Source: an uncultured delta proteobacterium
GTDB taxonomy: Bacteria > Myxococcota_A > UBA9160 > SMWR01
Length of the DNA stretch: 64,000 nucleotides
Assembly (NCBI GenBank): GCA_963832165.1
Contig: CAWHTE010000003.1
Span: 416,001 to 480,000 of the forward strand
Direction: 5' to 3'
In this document: positions 31,636 through 40,559 of the stretch, one piece after another
Layout of the letters: each line of letters begins with the position of its first letter
How positions within the stretch are numbered: the first letter of the stretch is position 1
Position numbers and translations under genes: made by a program
Notes under the pieces: generated by a model
What the model was told of the DNA's origin: nothing
The model's database searches: none
Seen by the model: only the letters and a program-made list of their open reading frames with translations

Positions 31636-32460
31636 GTGGAGGGAGCGAGCTTGGATACGTTGCTGCGCGCGGGGGCATTCGAGGGCGAGACCCACATCGT
31701 CACGGGGGCAGGGCAGGGGATCGGCCGCGCGATCGCGCGGCAGCTCGCCGCGCACGGCGCGCAGGTGGTGCTCGTGGACGTCGAAGCGGGCAACCTCGCG
31801 CGCGCTTCGAACGAGATCTCGGACCAGGGAGCGCTGCGCCCGATCACCGCGGCGATCGACGTCACGGACGAGGGCGCGGTTGTGGACACCGTGCGGCGCG
31901 CGCTCGAGGCCACCGGCTGCATCAACGGCGTGGTCAACGTGGCTGGCATCGCGCGCGACGCGCGCATCATCAAGAAGAGCTATGGCGAGTTCAAGACCGT
32001 GGTCGGCGTACACCTGTTCGGCACGTTCCTGTTCATGCGCGAGGTGGCGGCGCAGCACTGGCACGCGCTGTTCAAGCAGAACGACAATCAGCCGCTCGCC
32101 GACGGCGTGAACCGCTTCATCATCAACTTCTCATCGGTCAGCGCGCGCAACGGCAACATCGGCCAGATCGACTACACGGCGGCCAAGGGCGCGATCGAGT
32201 CGGCCACCAAGACCGCCGCGCGCGAGTTCGCGAGCTACCGCGCGCGCGTGAACGCGATCGCACCCGGGCCCGTGAATACGCCGATGCTCGCGGCGGTCGG
32301 GGAGGGCGGCATCGAGGCGATGTCGCGCTCCACGCTCGTGGGGCGTGTCGCCGACCCCGACGAGATCGCGGCGACGGTCGCCGCGATCGCCGACCCGAAG
32401 CTGTTCGGCTACACGACGGGCCAGGTATTCGCCGCGAACGGTGGCATGTATCTGGACTGA
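31636..32460 (+). CDS. SDR, 3-oxoacyl-ACP/CoA reductase-like
   Basis: TGAGQGIG, NVAGIARD, GNIGQIDYTAAK and NAIAPGPVNTPM. Confidence 0.88.
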   Translation: MEGASLDTLLRAGAFEGETHIVTGAGQGIGRAIARQLAAHGAQVVLVDVEAGNLARASNEISDQGALRPITAAIDVTDEGAVVDTVRRALEATGCINGVVNVAGIARDARIIKKSYGEFKTVVGVHLFGTFLFMREVAAQHWHALFKQNDNQPLADGVNRFIINFSSVSARNGNIGQIDYTAAKGAIESATKTAAREFASYRARVNAIAPGPVNTPMLAAVGEGGIEAMSRSTLVGRVADPDEIAATVAAIADPKLFGYTTGQVFAANGGMYLD

Positions 32461-32498
32461 TCGGCGCGCCTTCGGCGCGCGGGATGCGAACTTGGTTG

Positions 32499-32903
32499 TT
32501 CGTGCGGCCGGGGTGGTTGGCTTGCTGCGGCTCATGGCTCGCCGGCCTGGGGGTGACGTTCTCTCTCGCCCGAAGGGTCCGAAGCCAGCGATTGCTTCAG
32601 GCTTTCAGGTTGCCGGTCCAACCCAAGTGGCCACGAGCCGTGCGACGGCCCGTGGCCGGCTCCGCTTTACTTCGCCGCAGCAAGCCAACCACCCCGGCAC
32701 TCGAACTCGAACGCCCTGGACGCGTGAACCTCTCGATGCGCTAGGCCGGGCGCTTGAATTCGCCGCCGGAGGCGTTGGTGATCCTGGAGCATATGCGTCT
32801 CCGAGCCGGCAACCGTTGTGCTCCGGTGCACCGTCGTGCACGCCGACGGAGCCACAACGCCGACGCGGCGAATCAACGCCCGGCCGCAGGCAGGAACACC
32901 GCG
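32499..32903. repeat. ~400-bp structured intergenic element, copy 2 (same orientation)
   Basis: Perfect 25-bp inverted repeat 32507-32531/32674-32698; module B 32744-32885; lies between convergent SDR genes. Confidence 0.92.
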
Positions 32904-32910
32904 GGCCGCC

Positions 32911-33732
32911 CTACTCGACCTTCACGGGCTCCTTGGCGCGTTCGAGCGCTGCGATCACCTTCGCGAAGCGGTCGGCGATCAGCGGCTCGAACTCGGGGTG
33001 CGTGAAGACGTAGAGCGCGCCTTCGCGCACGCCGCGCAGCGCGTGGCGGCCGACCTCGAGCGGGTCCATGCCCTCGGCCATGCCCGGCGTGATGATGTCG
33101 AGCTGATCCGGTGCACTGCCGAGCGCCGCGGGGCGGTTGCGCGAGGCATCGCCGAGGTTCGTGTTCGTCCAGCCCGGACACAGCACCGAGACGCCGATCC
33201 CACGCTGTGCGAGCTCGAGCGCGAGCGATTCGCTGTAGGCGACCACCGCGTACTTGGTGGCGCTGTACATCCCGAGCACGGGGCCCGAGAGGAAGCCGCC
33301 CACGGAGGCCGTGTTCACCACGTGCGCGCGCGTTCCGCTCGCGAGCCAGCGCGGCACGAACGCGCGGCAGCCGTTGACGACGCCGAAGAGGTTCACGCGG
33401 ATCAGCCAGTCCCAGTCCGCCGCGCTGAACTCGTGGATCGCGCCGCCCTGTGCGACGCCGGCGTTGTTGAACAGCACATCGACGCCGCCAAAGCGCGCGA
33501 AGGCCTGATCGGCGAGCGCCTCCAGGTCGGCCGGATCGCTCACGTCGGTGCGCACCGCGAAGGCGGCCGTCCCGGCGGCCTCGAGCTCGCGCGCGAAGCG
33601 CTCGGCGGGGGCGAGCTCGATGTCGGCGAGCACCACCCGCATGCCCTGCTCGGCGCACGCGCGCGCGATGCCCGCACCGATTCCGCTCGCACCGCCCGTC
33701 ACCACCGCCACGCGCCCCGAAAGGTTCTCCAT
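32911..33732 (-). CDS. Short-chain dehydrogenase/reductase
   Basis: TGGASGIG, NNAGV and YSATKYAV; SD GGAGG before ATG. Confidence 0.9.
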   Translation of the reverse strand: MENLSGRVAVVTGGASGIGAGIARACAEQGMRVVLADIELAPAERFARELEAAGTAAFAVRTDVSDPADLEALADQAFARFGGVDVLFNNAGVAQGGAIHEFSAADWDWLIRVNLFGVVNGCRAFVPRWLASGTRAHVVNTASVGGFLSGPVLGMYSATKYAVVAYSESLALELAQRGIGVSVLCPGWTNTNLGDASRNRPAALGSAPDQLDIITPGMAEGMDPLEVGRHALRGVREGALYVFTHPEFEPLIADRFAKVIAALERAKEPVKVE

Positions 33733-33760
33733 GAAGCCTCCTGCGCCGCAAGCATCGCAT

Positions 33761-34756
33761 ATGCTGTGCGCCGTGGACGAGCCCCAGCGTGTGTTCGTGA
33801 CGCGCGAAATCCCCGAGGCCTCCCTGAAGCTCCTGGCCGAGGGGCTGCCCGGCGCGCGCATCGACGTACACCGCTCGGCGGAGCGACTCTCTCCGCGCGA
33901 GCTCGAGCGCGCGGCGCGCGGGGCCACCGCGCTCGTGTGCACGCTCGCCGATCGCATCGACGCGGCGCTGCTCGAGGCGCTCGCGCCGCCGCTGCGCGTG
34001 GTGGCGACGTTCGCAGTCGGCTACGAGAACATCGACCTCGACGCCGCGCGCCGGCTCGGTGTGCACGTCGCGAACACGCCGGGCGTGCTCACCGACGCGA
34101 CGGCCGAGGTCGCCGTTGCGCTCGTGCTCGCGTGCGCGCGGCGCGTCGCCGAAGGCGACCGGTTCGTGCGCGCGGGGCGCTTCTCGGGCTGGGGTCCGCT
34201 CGCGCACCGCGGGCACGCGATCTACGGGAGCACGGTGGGAATCGTCGGCGCGGGTCGGATCGGCCATCGCGTCGCGGCGACGCTGCGCCGCGGCTTCGAC
34301 TGCGAGATCCTCGTGCATTCGCGCCGCGTTCCCGCACAGCCGGATTGGCAGCGCGAGCTCGGCGCGCGCTTCGTGCCACTCGAAGAGCTGCTCGAGCGCT
34401 CCGACGCGATCTCGCTGCACTGTCCACTCACGGCGGAGACGCGCCACCTGATCGACGCGCGCGCGCTCGCGCGCATGAAGCGCAGCGCGGTGCTCGTGAA
34501 CACGGCGCGCGGTCCGATCGTCGACGAGAACGCGCTCGTGGCGGCGCTGCGCGCGGGCACGATCGCGGCCGTGGGGCTCGATGTGTACGAGGACGAGCCG
34601 CGTCTGGCTCCGGGGCTCGCCGAGCAGGGCAACGCGGTGCTGCTTCCGCACATCGGCAGCGCCACACACGCGGCGCGCGATGCGATGGGCCGGCTGTGCG
34701 CCGAGGCCGTGATCGCGGAGCTCTCGGGTCGCGCCGCTGCCCATCGGCTGGTTTAG
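33761..34756 (+). CDS. D-2-hydroxyacid dehydrogenase (glyoxylate reductase-like)
   Basis: VGYENID, NTPGVLTDATAE, GAGRIG, NTARG, LDVYEDEP and PHIGSAT. Confidence 0.9.
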   Translation: MLCAVDEPQRVFVTREIPEASLKLLAEGLPGARIDVHRSAERLSPRELERAARGATALVCTLADRIDAALLEALAPPLRVVATFAVGYENIDLDAARRLGVHVANTPGVLTDATAEVAVALVLACARRVAEGDRFVRAGRFSGWGPLAHRGHAIYGSTVGIVGAGRIGHRVAATLRRGFDCEILVHSRRVPAQPDWQRELGARFVPLEELLERSDAISLHCPLTAETRHLIDARALARMKRSAVLVNTARGPIVDENALVAALRAGTIAAVGLDVYEDEPRLAPGLAEQGNAVLLPHIGSATHAARDAMGRLCAEAVIAELSGRAAAHRLV

Positions 34757-34767
34757 ATTCTCTCGGG

Positions 34768-35538
34768 ATGCGTGTCGCCACCTGGAACATCAACGGACTC
34801 CGCTCGCGCCTGGCGCTGCTCTTGCACTGGCTCGCAGCGCGCAAACCCGACGTGGTGGCACTCCAGGAGCTCAAGCTCACCGACGCGCAGTTCCCGCACG
34901 CCGAGCTCGAGGCGCAGGGCTACCACGCGGCCGTGCACGGCGAGAAGGGCTGGAACGGCGTGGCGATCCTCGCGCGCAAGCCGCTCGAGTCGGTGCAGGT
35001 GGGTCTGCCCGGCGCGGACTTCGGCGCGCGCATGGTCACCGCGCGCGTCGAGGGCCTGTCGGTCGCGAGCGTGTACTGCCCGAACGGCAAGTCGGTCGCG
35101 CACGAGGACTTTCCCCGCAAGCTCGCCTGGTTCGACGCGCTCGCGGCGCATTGGACGGCGAGCCATCCGCCCGGCGATCCCGCGCTCCTGTGCGGTGATT
35201 TCAACCTGTGTCCCGCGGCGCTCGACAGCTGGAACGAGGCCGGCTTCACGGGCGCGATCTTCCACACCGAGCAGGAGCGCGCGCGCTTCCGCGCGCTGCT
35301 CACCGCGGGGCTGTTCGATCTGTTTCGCGAGCGCAATCCGGAGCTGCAGGCGTTCACGTGGTGGGACTACCGCGCGGGCGCGTTCCACAAGCGCCAGGGG
35401 CTGCGCATCGACCTGCTGCTCGCCACGCGGCCCGTGCTCGAGCGCGTGACGGCCGTGGAGATCGACCGCGAATACCGCAAGAAGCAGGACGGCCTCACGG
35501 CGTCCGATCACGCGCCGGTGTACGCGGACCTCATTTGA
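34768..35538 (+). CDS. xth: Exodeoxyribonuclease III
   Basis: MRVATWNING, LQELK, NGVAIL, YCPNG, GDFN, TWWDYR, GLRID and SDHAPV. Confidence 0.93.
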   Translation: MRVATWNINGLRSRLALLLHWLAARKPDVVALQELKLTDAQFPHAELEAQGYHAAVHGEKGWNGVAILARKPLESVQVGLPGADFGARMVTARVEGLSVASVYCPNGKSVAHEDFPRKLAWFDALAAHWTASHPPGDPALLCGDFNLCPAALDSWNEAGFTGAIFHTEQERARFRALLTAGLFDLFRERNPELQAFTWWDYRAGAFHKRQGLRIDLLLATRPVLERVTAVEIDREYRKKQDGLTASDHAPVYADLI

Positions 35539-36112
35539 TTCCCTGGTCGCGGTAGAACCAGTCGAGGATCTCGCGCGCGAGCTGATCCTTCGAACGATCT
35601 CCGCACTCGATCACGTGATCGGCGGCGCGGCGATACCACGGATCGCGGCGCTTCATGATCTGGCGGAAGCTGTCGTCGCCCGAGAGAGCCGGCCGGTCCT
35701 CGTCGCCGTCGATGCGCGCCTCGAGATAGTCGAGCGTGCGGTGCAGGTACACGATCCGCCCGTAGCGACGGAGCGCATCGACTTTGCGCGCGCTGTAGCG
35801 CTCGCGGCCGTCGCCATCGAGCTCCACGACCACGCCGCCGCCGGCGTCGATCAGCGCCCCTCCCTCGACCGCGGCGACCTTCTCGACGACCGCAAGCTCG
35901 CGCGCGCGGAAGCCGGCCCATCCCTCTCGCGCGACGAGGCCGGGGATTTTCTCCCCATCGGCCTCATAACGCATCAATGCGTCGAGAGAGAACAGCATGA
36001 AGTGTCGGTTGGTGCGCGCGAGCCGCTTCGCGATCGAGCTCTTGCCGCAGCCGCGCCCACCCACGAGGACGAGGTTTTTTTTCAACGGAGGGTGCTCAAC
36101 TCGTTTGCCCAT
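35531..36112 (-). CDS. aroK: Shikimate kinase
   Basis: P-loop GGRGCGKS, EGWAGFRARE, GGGVV, RPAL and R-x3-Y. Confidence 0.8.
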   Translation of the reverse strand: MGKRVEHPPLKKNLVLVGGRGCGKSSIAKRLARTNRHFMLFSLDALMRYEADGEKIPGLVAREGWAGFRARELAVVEKVAAVEGGALIDAGGGVVVELDGDGRERYSARKVDALRRYGRIVYLHRTLDYLEARIDGDEDRPALSGDDSFRQIMKRRDPWYRRAADHVIECGDRSKDQLAREILDWFYRDQGIK

Positions 36113-36169
36113 CTAACCGACCTTTTGGGGCGGGTAAATGTCGCGAATCCTGCGTTGCTCCGGTACCCG

Positions 36170-37096
36170 ATGAATCTGCGTGGTGTACTCGCCTTCCTGC
36201 TGACGCATGTGATCGCCGTCACAGCCTCGGCAGTGCTGATCGACGGCCTCAACGGCGCGCTCGACGTGGCTCCGTTTCCCGAGCCCGTGCTCGACCACAT
36301 CGGCGTGCGCGGCGGCCTCTCGGCGATCTACCTCGGCAACGGCATCGTGCTCACGGCCAATCACTGCGGCCCCGGCGACGTCTGGTTCGGCGGACAGCTC
36401 TACCACTATGTGCCGGGCTCGGCGGTGCGGCTCGTGAATGATGACGGCACCTACGCGGACCTCATGATGTTCGAGGTTCACCCGCGCCCGAACCTGCCCG
36501 AGCTCCCCATCGTGTCGAGCCGACCGTTGGTGGGCTCGGTCGTGAAGCTGGCGGGCAACGGATTCGACCGCGGCCCCTCGCTCGTGTGGGATCCGAACGG
36601 GAGCGGCGCGCCCGGGCCCACTGGAGGTTATGCGTGGGCTCCGAGCAGCAGCGTGCGCTGGGGTCACAATGTGCTCGAGGTGGTTCCGACGGCGCGCGTG
36701 TTCAACACGATCGCGCTCGGCACGATCTTCCACAGCGGGTTGCTCTGGCCCGAAGCGCAGGCCGTGACCGGGGACTCCGGCGGCGGCGTCTTCGCGCTGA
36801 CGTTGCTCGGGGGGTGGCAGCTCGCGGGCGTGATGATCGGCATCACCCAGTACGCGGGTCAGCCCCCGAATACCTCGTTCTACGGACAGAAGACCTACTT
36901 CGCCGACGCCGCCTACTACCGCCCCCAGCTGGTCGACGCGGTCGATCTACCCGAGCCGGGCGGGGCGCTCGGCGCGGGTGCGGCGCTGCTGTTCTTGCTG
37001 GCCTGCAAGCGCCGCGAAGCGGCGCGCGCAGCGAGGCGAAGCGGAGCGAAGGCGAAAAGGTGGCCTCCGGGTTCCACAGTAACTCGGAAGTCGTAG
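36170..37096 (+). CDS. Secreted trypsin-like serine protease with PEP-CTERM-like tail
   Basis: Signal peptide; triad motifs LTANH, ADL and GDSGGG; C-terminal LPEP, TM segment and KRR. Confidence 0.8.
   Translation: MNLRGVLAFLLTHVIAVTASAVLIDGLNGALDVAPFPEPVLDHIGVRGGLSAIYLGNGIVLTANHCGPGDVWFGGQLYHYVPGSAVRLVNDDGTYADLMMFEVHPRPNLPELPIVSSRPLVGSVVKLAGNGFDRGPSLVWDPNGSGAPGPTGGYAWAPSSSVRWGHNVLEVVPTARVFNTIALGTIFHSGLLWPEAQAVTGDSGGGVFALTLLGGWQLAGVMIGITQYAGQPPNTSFYGQKTYFADAAYYRPQLVDAVDLPEPGGALGAGAALLFLLACKRREAARAARRSGAKAKRWPPGSTVTRKS
37024..37052. repeat. REP-like short dispersed repeat, copy 2
   Basis: 28 of 29 bases match 201-229; lies within the protease 3' coding tail. Confidence 0.7.
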
Positions 37097-37172
37097 TCCT
37101 TGGTCGCGTCCTAGCCTCGCCGAGACGCCGACTGCGTTGACGCGCGGGGGAGGTCGGTCACCCTCCTCGATC

Positions 37173-39245
37173 ATGGATCGGTGCCGCGCCCTGCTGCTGC
37201 TCGCCGCGTGCTGTGTGGCACTCGTGCATGCGGAGGGCGCGTGGGCACAGGGCGCCGCCGGAGCCACCCCCGGCGGCTCGGTCCGGGTCGCCTATCGGAA
37301 CGCGTCGATCACGAGCGTGGTGACCGACATCGCGCGCGCCACGGGCGTTTCGCTGATCTACGACGAGACGGTGTCCGGGCTCGGCACCGTCACGATCGAG
37401 GGGCCGACCCAGGTGAGCCGCGAGGAGGCGCTGGCACTGATCGACAGCCTGCTCCTGTTGCGCGGCTTTGCGGCGGTGCCGGGGCCCGGAGGAGTGCGCA
37501 AGATCGTCGCGATCAACGGCGCCCCGAGTCCGTGGACCGCGAGCTCGGAGATCCCCGACAGCGACGCGCCGGTCACGACGCTCCTGCGCCTCGAGAACGC
37601 GAACGCCACCGACATGGTGCCCGTGATCACGCCGTACCTCGGGACGAACGCCACGGCCGGCGCCTTCGAGCCGACCAACAGCCTGATCCTGTCGGGCCCG
37701 GCGTCGCTCTTGCGCACGCTGCGCACCGCGATCCAGGCGCTCGACCAGGATGCCGCGGGCGAGGCGTTGATCTGGCCGCTGCGCGTCGCAGACGCGGAGA
37801 CCGTCGCGGACCAGCTGCTCGAGATCGAGGGCGAGCTCGAGGTGCCGTTCGTGTCGACCGATGTGCGCCGCAACGCGCTGCTCCTGCGCGTGCGCCCGGG
37901 CGAGACCGAGCGCGTGCGCGCGCTCGTCGACCAGCTGGACCGCCCCGCGCACGGCGCCGCGCGCATGCAGGTGGTGCGGCTGCGCTATGCCGATCCGGAG
38001 AAGCTCGCCGAGCAGCTCACCGAGCTGCGCAGCGAGGGCACGACGGGCGACGGCCAGGGGGCCGATCCCGCCGCGCTGCGCGCGGGATTGCGCGGGCTCC
38101 CGTTCGAGGTGGCACCCGACATCGCGACACACTCGCTCGTGCTCTCGGGGCCGCCCGAGGTGATCGACGCGGTGCTCGACGTCGTGAGCGAGGTCGATCG
38201 CGTCCCGGCGTCGGTGCGCCTGGAGATCCTGGTCGCGGGCGTCGATGTCGACGATCGCCTCGCGCTCGGCGTCGACTATCTGATCCCCACGCTCTCCAAC
38301 CCGAAGGAACCAGACGATCTGATCGCGGCCGTGCGCTCGACCCCGAGCGGCGGCGGCATTCCGCCGTCGATCGAGCGCACGTTCCTCGCCGCGTTCACGC
38401 GCGCTCCGCTGCTGATCACGATCATCGACCCGGTCACGGGCGCGGCGATTCCGATCTCGCTGCCGCGCGAGCAGGGATCGATCACGATGGACGGCCGCAC
38501 CGTGAAGTCGGAAGTAATGATGCAGCCGCACCTCCTGATCACGAGCGGCGAGGAGCACGAGATCTTCGCGGGCGACAACGTGCCGGTTCCGGTCGCGAGC
38601 CCGGAAACGGGAGGCACGGTGGGTACGGGGGGCACCGGCGGCACCGGCGGCACGGGAGGCACTGGCGACACGGGGACCGGCACCGAGGCCACCGATGCCG
38701 GCAATGCCGCGCTGGCGGCGGAGGGCACCGGAGACGGCGGAACGACCACGGGCGGCGAAACCGGAGGCACGGGGACCGGCGGATCGGGGTCGTCGGACCT
38801 CACGGTGCGGCAGAACATCGAGCGCAAGGATGTCGGTACGACCTTGCGCGTGACACCGACGGTCGGCGAGCAGGGCGGCGTGACGCTCGAGCTCCACGTC
38901 GAGGTGAGCTCGCTGCGGGAGTCGGTGGCCGGGCCGGTCGAGGAGGTCGGGCCGACGATCGCGGAGACCACGATCGACTCGACGATCCGGCTGCGCGGCG
39001 GCGAGTTCGCGGTGATCGCCACCGCGGCGCGCCCGGTGACACAGGAGACCCGAACCGGGACACCGTGGCTCATGGACATCCCGGTGATCGGCTGGGCGTT
39101 CCGCTTCACGAGCGAAGAAACCATGAACCGCCATCTGCTCGTCGCCGCGCGCGCAGAGATCCTGCGCCCCGAGTCGCACGACCTCGCGAATCGACTCGCG
39201 CGCGAGCTCGCACCACCCGCTGCTGCTGCACCCGCGCAGCACTGA
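37173..39245 (+). CDS. Type II secretion system secretin (GspD-like)
   Basis: Signal peptide; N0 domain and N-domain repeats (PTNSLIL, DVRRNALL, VVRLRYAD, ATHSLV); secretin motifs GDNVPV, ERKDVGTTLRVTP and PWLMDIPVIGWAFR. Confidence 0.82.
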   Translation: MDRCRALLLLAACCVALVHAEGAWAQGAAGATPGGSVRVAYRNASITSVVTDIARATGVSLIYDETVSGLGTVTIEGPTQVSREEALALIDSLLLLRGFAAVPGPGGVRKIVAINGAPSPWTASSEIPDSDAPVTTLLRLENANATDMVPVITPYLGTNATAGAFEPTNSLILSGPASLLRTLRTAIQALDQDAAGEALIWPLRVADAETVADQLLEIEGELEVPFVSTDVRRNALLLRVRPGETERVRALVDQLDRPAHGAARMQVVRLRYADPEKLAEQLTELRSEGTTGDGQGADPAALRAGLRGLPFEVAPDIATHSLVLSGPPEVIDAVLDVVSEVDRVPASVRLEILVAGVDVDDRLALGVDYLIPTLSNPKEPDDLIAAVRSTPSGGGIPPSIERTFLAAFTRAPLLITIIDPVTGAAIPISLPREQGSITMDGRTVKSEVMMQPHLLITSGEEHEIFAGDNVPVPVASPETGGTVGTGGTGGTGGTGGTGDTGTGTEATDAGNAALAAEGTGDGGTTTGGETGGTGTGGSGSSDLTVRQNIERKDVGTTLRVTPTVGEQGGVTLELHVEVSSLRESVAGPVEEVGPTIAETTIDSTIRLRGGEFAVIATAARPVTQETRTGTPWLMDIPVIGWAFRFTSEETMNRHLLVAARAEILRPESHDLANRLARELAPPAAAAPAQH

Positions 39246-39322
39246 GTTGATTCGAGCACCGAAAGGACGCGCGCGTGCGTGCGATACACTGCGCGGCCAT
39301 CAGCGCGCACGGGAGAGCGAAC

Positions 39323-40387
39323 GTGAACGTCGGAATCCTGCTGATCTTCCAGAACTATCAAGGCCGCTACTCCGACGAGGAGATGGTGCGCGATCAGATC
39401 CGGATCGCCGATCTCGCCGAACCGCTCGGCTTCGACTCGCTGTGGCCGCCGGAGCACCACTTCACCGACTACTCGGCGTGCCCCGACAACGTCCAGTTCC
39501 TGTCCTACATGGCCGCGAAGACCCACACGATCAAGCTCGGGACGGGTGCCGTGATCGTGCCCTGGAACGACCCGCTGCGCGTGGTCGAGAAGATCGCGTT
39601 CCTCGACCACCTGTCCGGTGGGCGCGCGATCCTCGGCCTCGGGCGCGGCCTCTCGCGCGTGGAATACGAGCACTTCGGCATCGAGATGAACAGCGCGCGC
39701 GACCGATTCGACGAGGCGTCGCAGATGATCATCGACGGGCTCGACAAGGGCTTCATCGAAGGCGACGGCCCGTACTACCCGCAGATCCGCACCGAGATCC
39801 GCCCGCGGCCGCTGCGCAGCTTCCGCGACCGCTTCTACAGCGTGGGCATCTCGCCCGAGTCGGTACAGCAGGTGGCGAAGCTGGGCGCGCGGCTGATGGT
39901 GTTCTCTCAGACCCCCTGGGAGATGTTCAAGGACGGCGCGCTGGCCGCCTACCGGAAGGCCTGGGCCGAACATCAGGAGGGGCCGCCTCCGCCGCCGCTC
40001 ACGGGCGACCTGATGTTCTGCCACGAGGATCCCGCACAGGCCGAGGCGCTCGCCTACGAGTACATGGCCAACTACTACCTCTCGATCCTCAAGCACTACG
40101 AGCTCATGAGCGAGCACTTCAAGGGCACGAAGGGCTACGAGTTCTACAGCAACGCGAGCGACGGGCTGCGCGCGGTCGGGCTCGAGAACTCGGCGAAGAT
40201 CTACACGGGCATCCAGGCCTGGGGCACGCCCGAGCAGCTGATCGAGAAGCTCCGCAAGCGGCGCGAGCTGCTGGGCGACTTCGAGCTCTCGCTGATCTGC
40301 CACTACGGCGGGATGCCCGTCGAGGTGGCCGAGCAGAGCCTTCGGCTGTTCGCCAAAGAAGTGCTGCCCGAACTGCACCGCTGGTAG
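39323..40387 (+). CDS. LLM-class flavin-dependent oxidoreductase
   Basis: GFDSLWPPEHHF, PWNDPLRVVE, LDHLSGGRAILGLGRG and WGTPE. Confidence 0.9.
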   Translation: MNVGILLIFQNYQGRYSDEEMVRDQIRIADLAEPLGFDSLWPPEHHFTDYSACPDNVQFLSYMAAKTHTIKLGTGAVIVPWNDPLRVVEKIAFLDHLSGGRAILGLGRGLSRVEYEHFGIEMNSARDRFDEASQMIIDGLDKGFIEGDGPYYPQIRTEIRPRPLRSFRDRFYSVGISPESVQQVAKLGARLMVFSQTPWEMFKDGALAAYRKAWAEHQEGPPPPPLTGDLMFCHEDPAQAEALAYEYMANYYLSILKHYELMSEHFKGTKGYEFYSNASDGLRAVGLENSAKIYTGIQAWGTPEQLIEKLRKRRELLGDFELSLICHYGGMPVEVAEQSLRLFAKEVLPELHRW

Positions 40388-40487
40388 TCGCGGCGCGCTT
40401 CTAGAATCTGCAGCGCTTTCACCCGCGTCCGCGCAGGGATTGCAAAGGACTCCCGCGCGGGGATCGCGTGCGTGCGCCGTATCGCGG

Positions 40488-40503
40488 CGGCACGGCGGTT
40501 GCA
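40488..40503 (+). promoter_or_regulatory. Putative sigma54 (-24/-12) promoter
   Basis: CGGCACGGCGGTTGCA with the conserved GG-N10-GC spacing, 56 nt upstream of the ATG. Confidence 0.7.
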
Positions 40504-40559
40504 TTGATCTCCTTCGAGTGCGGCGACCCCCGCCGTGCTCCAGAACAGGGAGATCCAAA

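Noticed and set aside
32502..32903. Group II intron interpretation (GTGCG at the element start, GAGCCG...CGGCTC inside)
   Set aside because: Copy 1 has GTGCA; there is no 34-nt domain V or domain VI at the 3' end and no RT; the perfect 25-bp closing repeat does not fit.
36075..36082. T8 tract near the aroK 5' end as a phase-variation site
   Set aside because: It is in frame (encodes L-K-K-N), short, and in a housekeeping gene; there is no evidence of variability.
38620..38790. GGCACCGGC tandem repeats as a non-coding repeat array
   Set aside because: They lie in frame in the secretin and vary at third codon positions, so they reflect a Gly/Thr peptide repeat, reported under findings.
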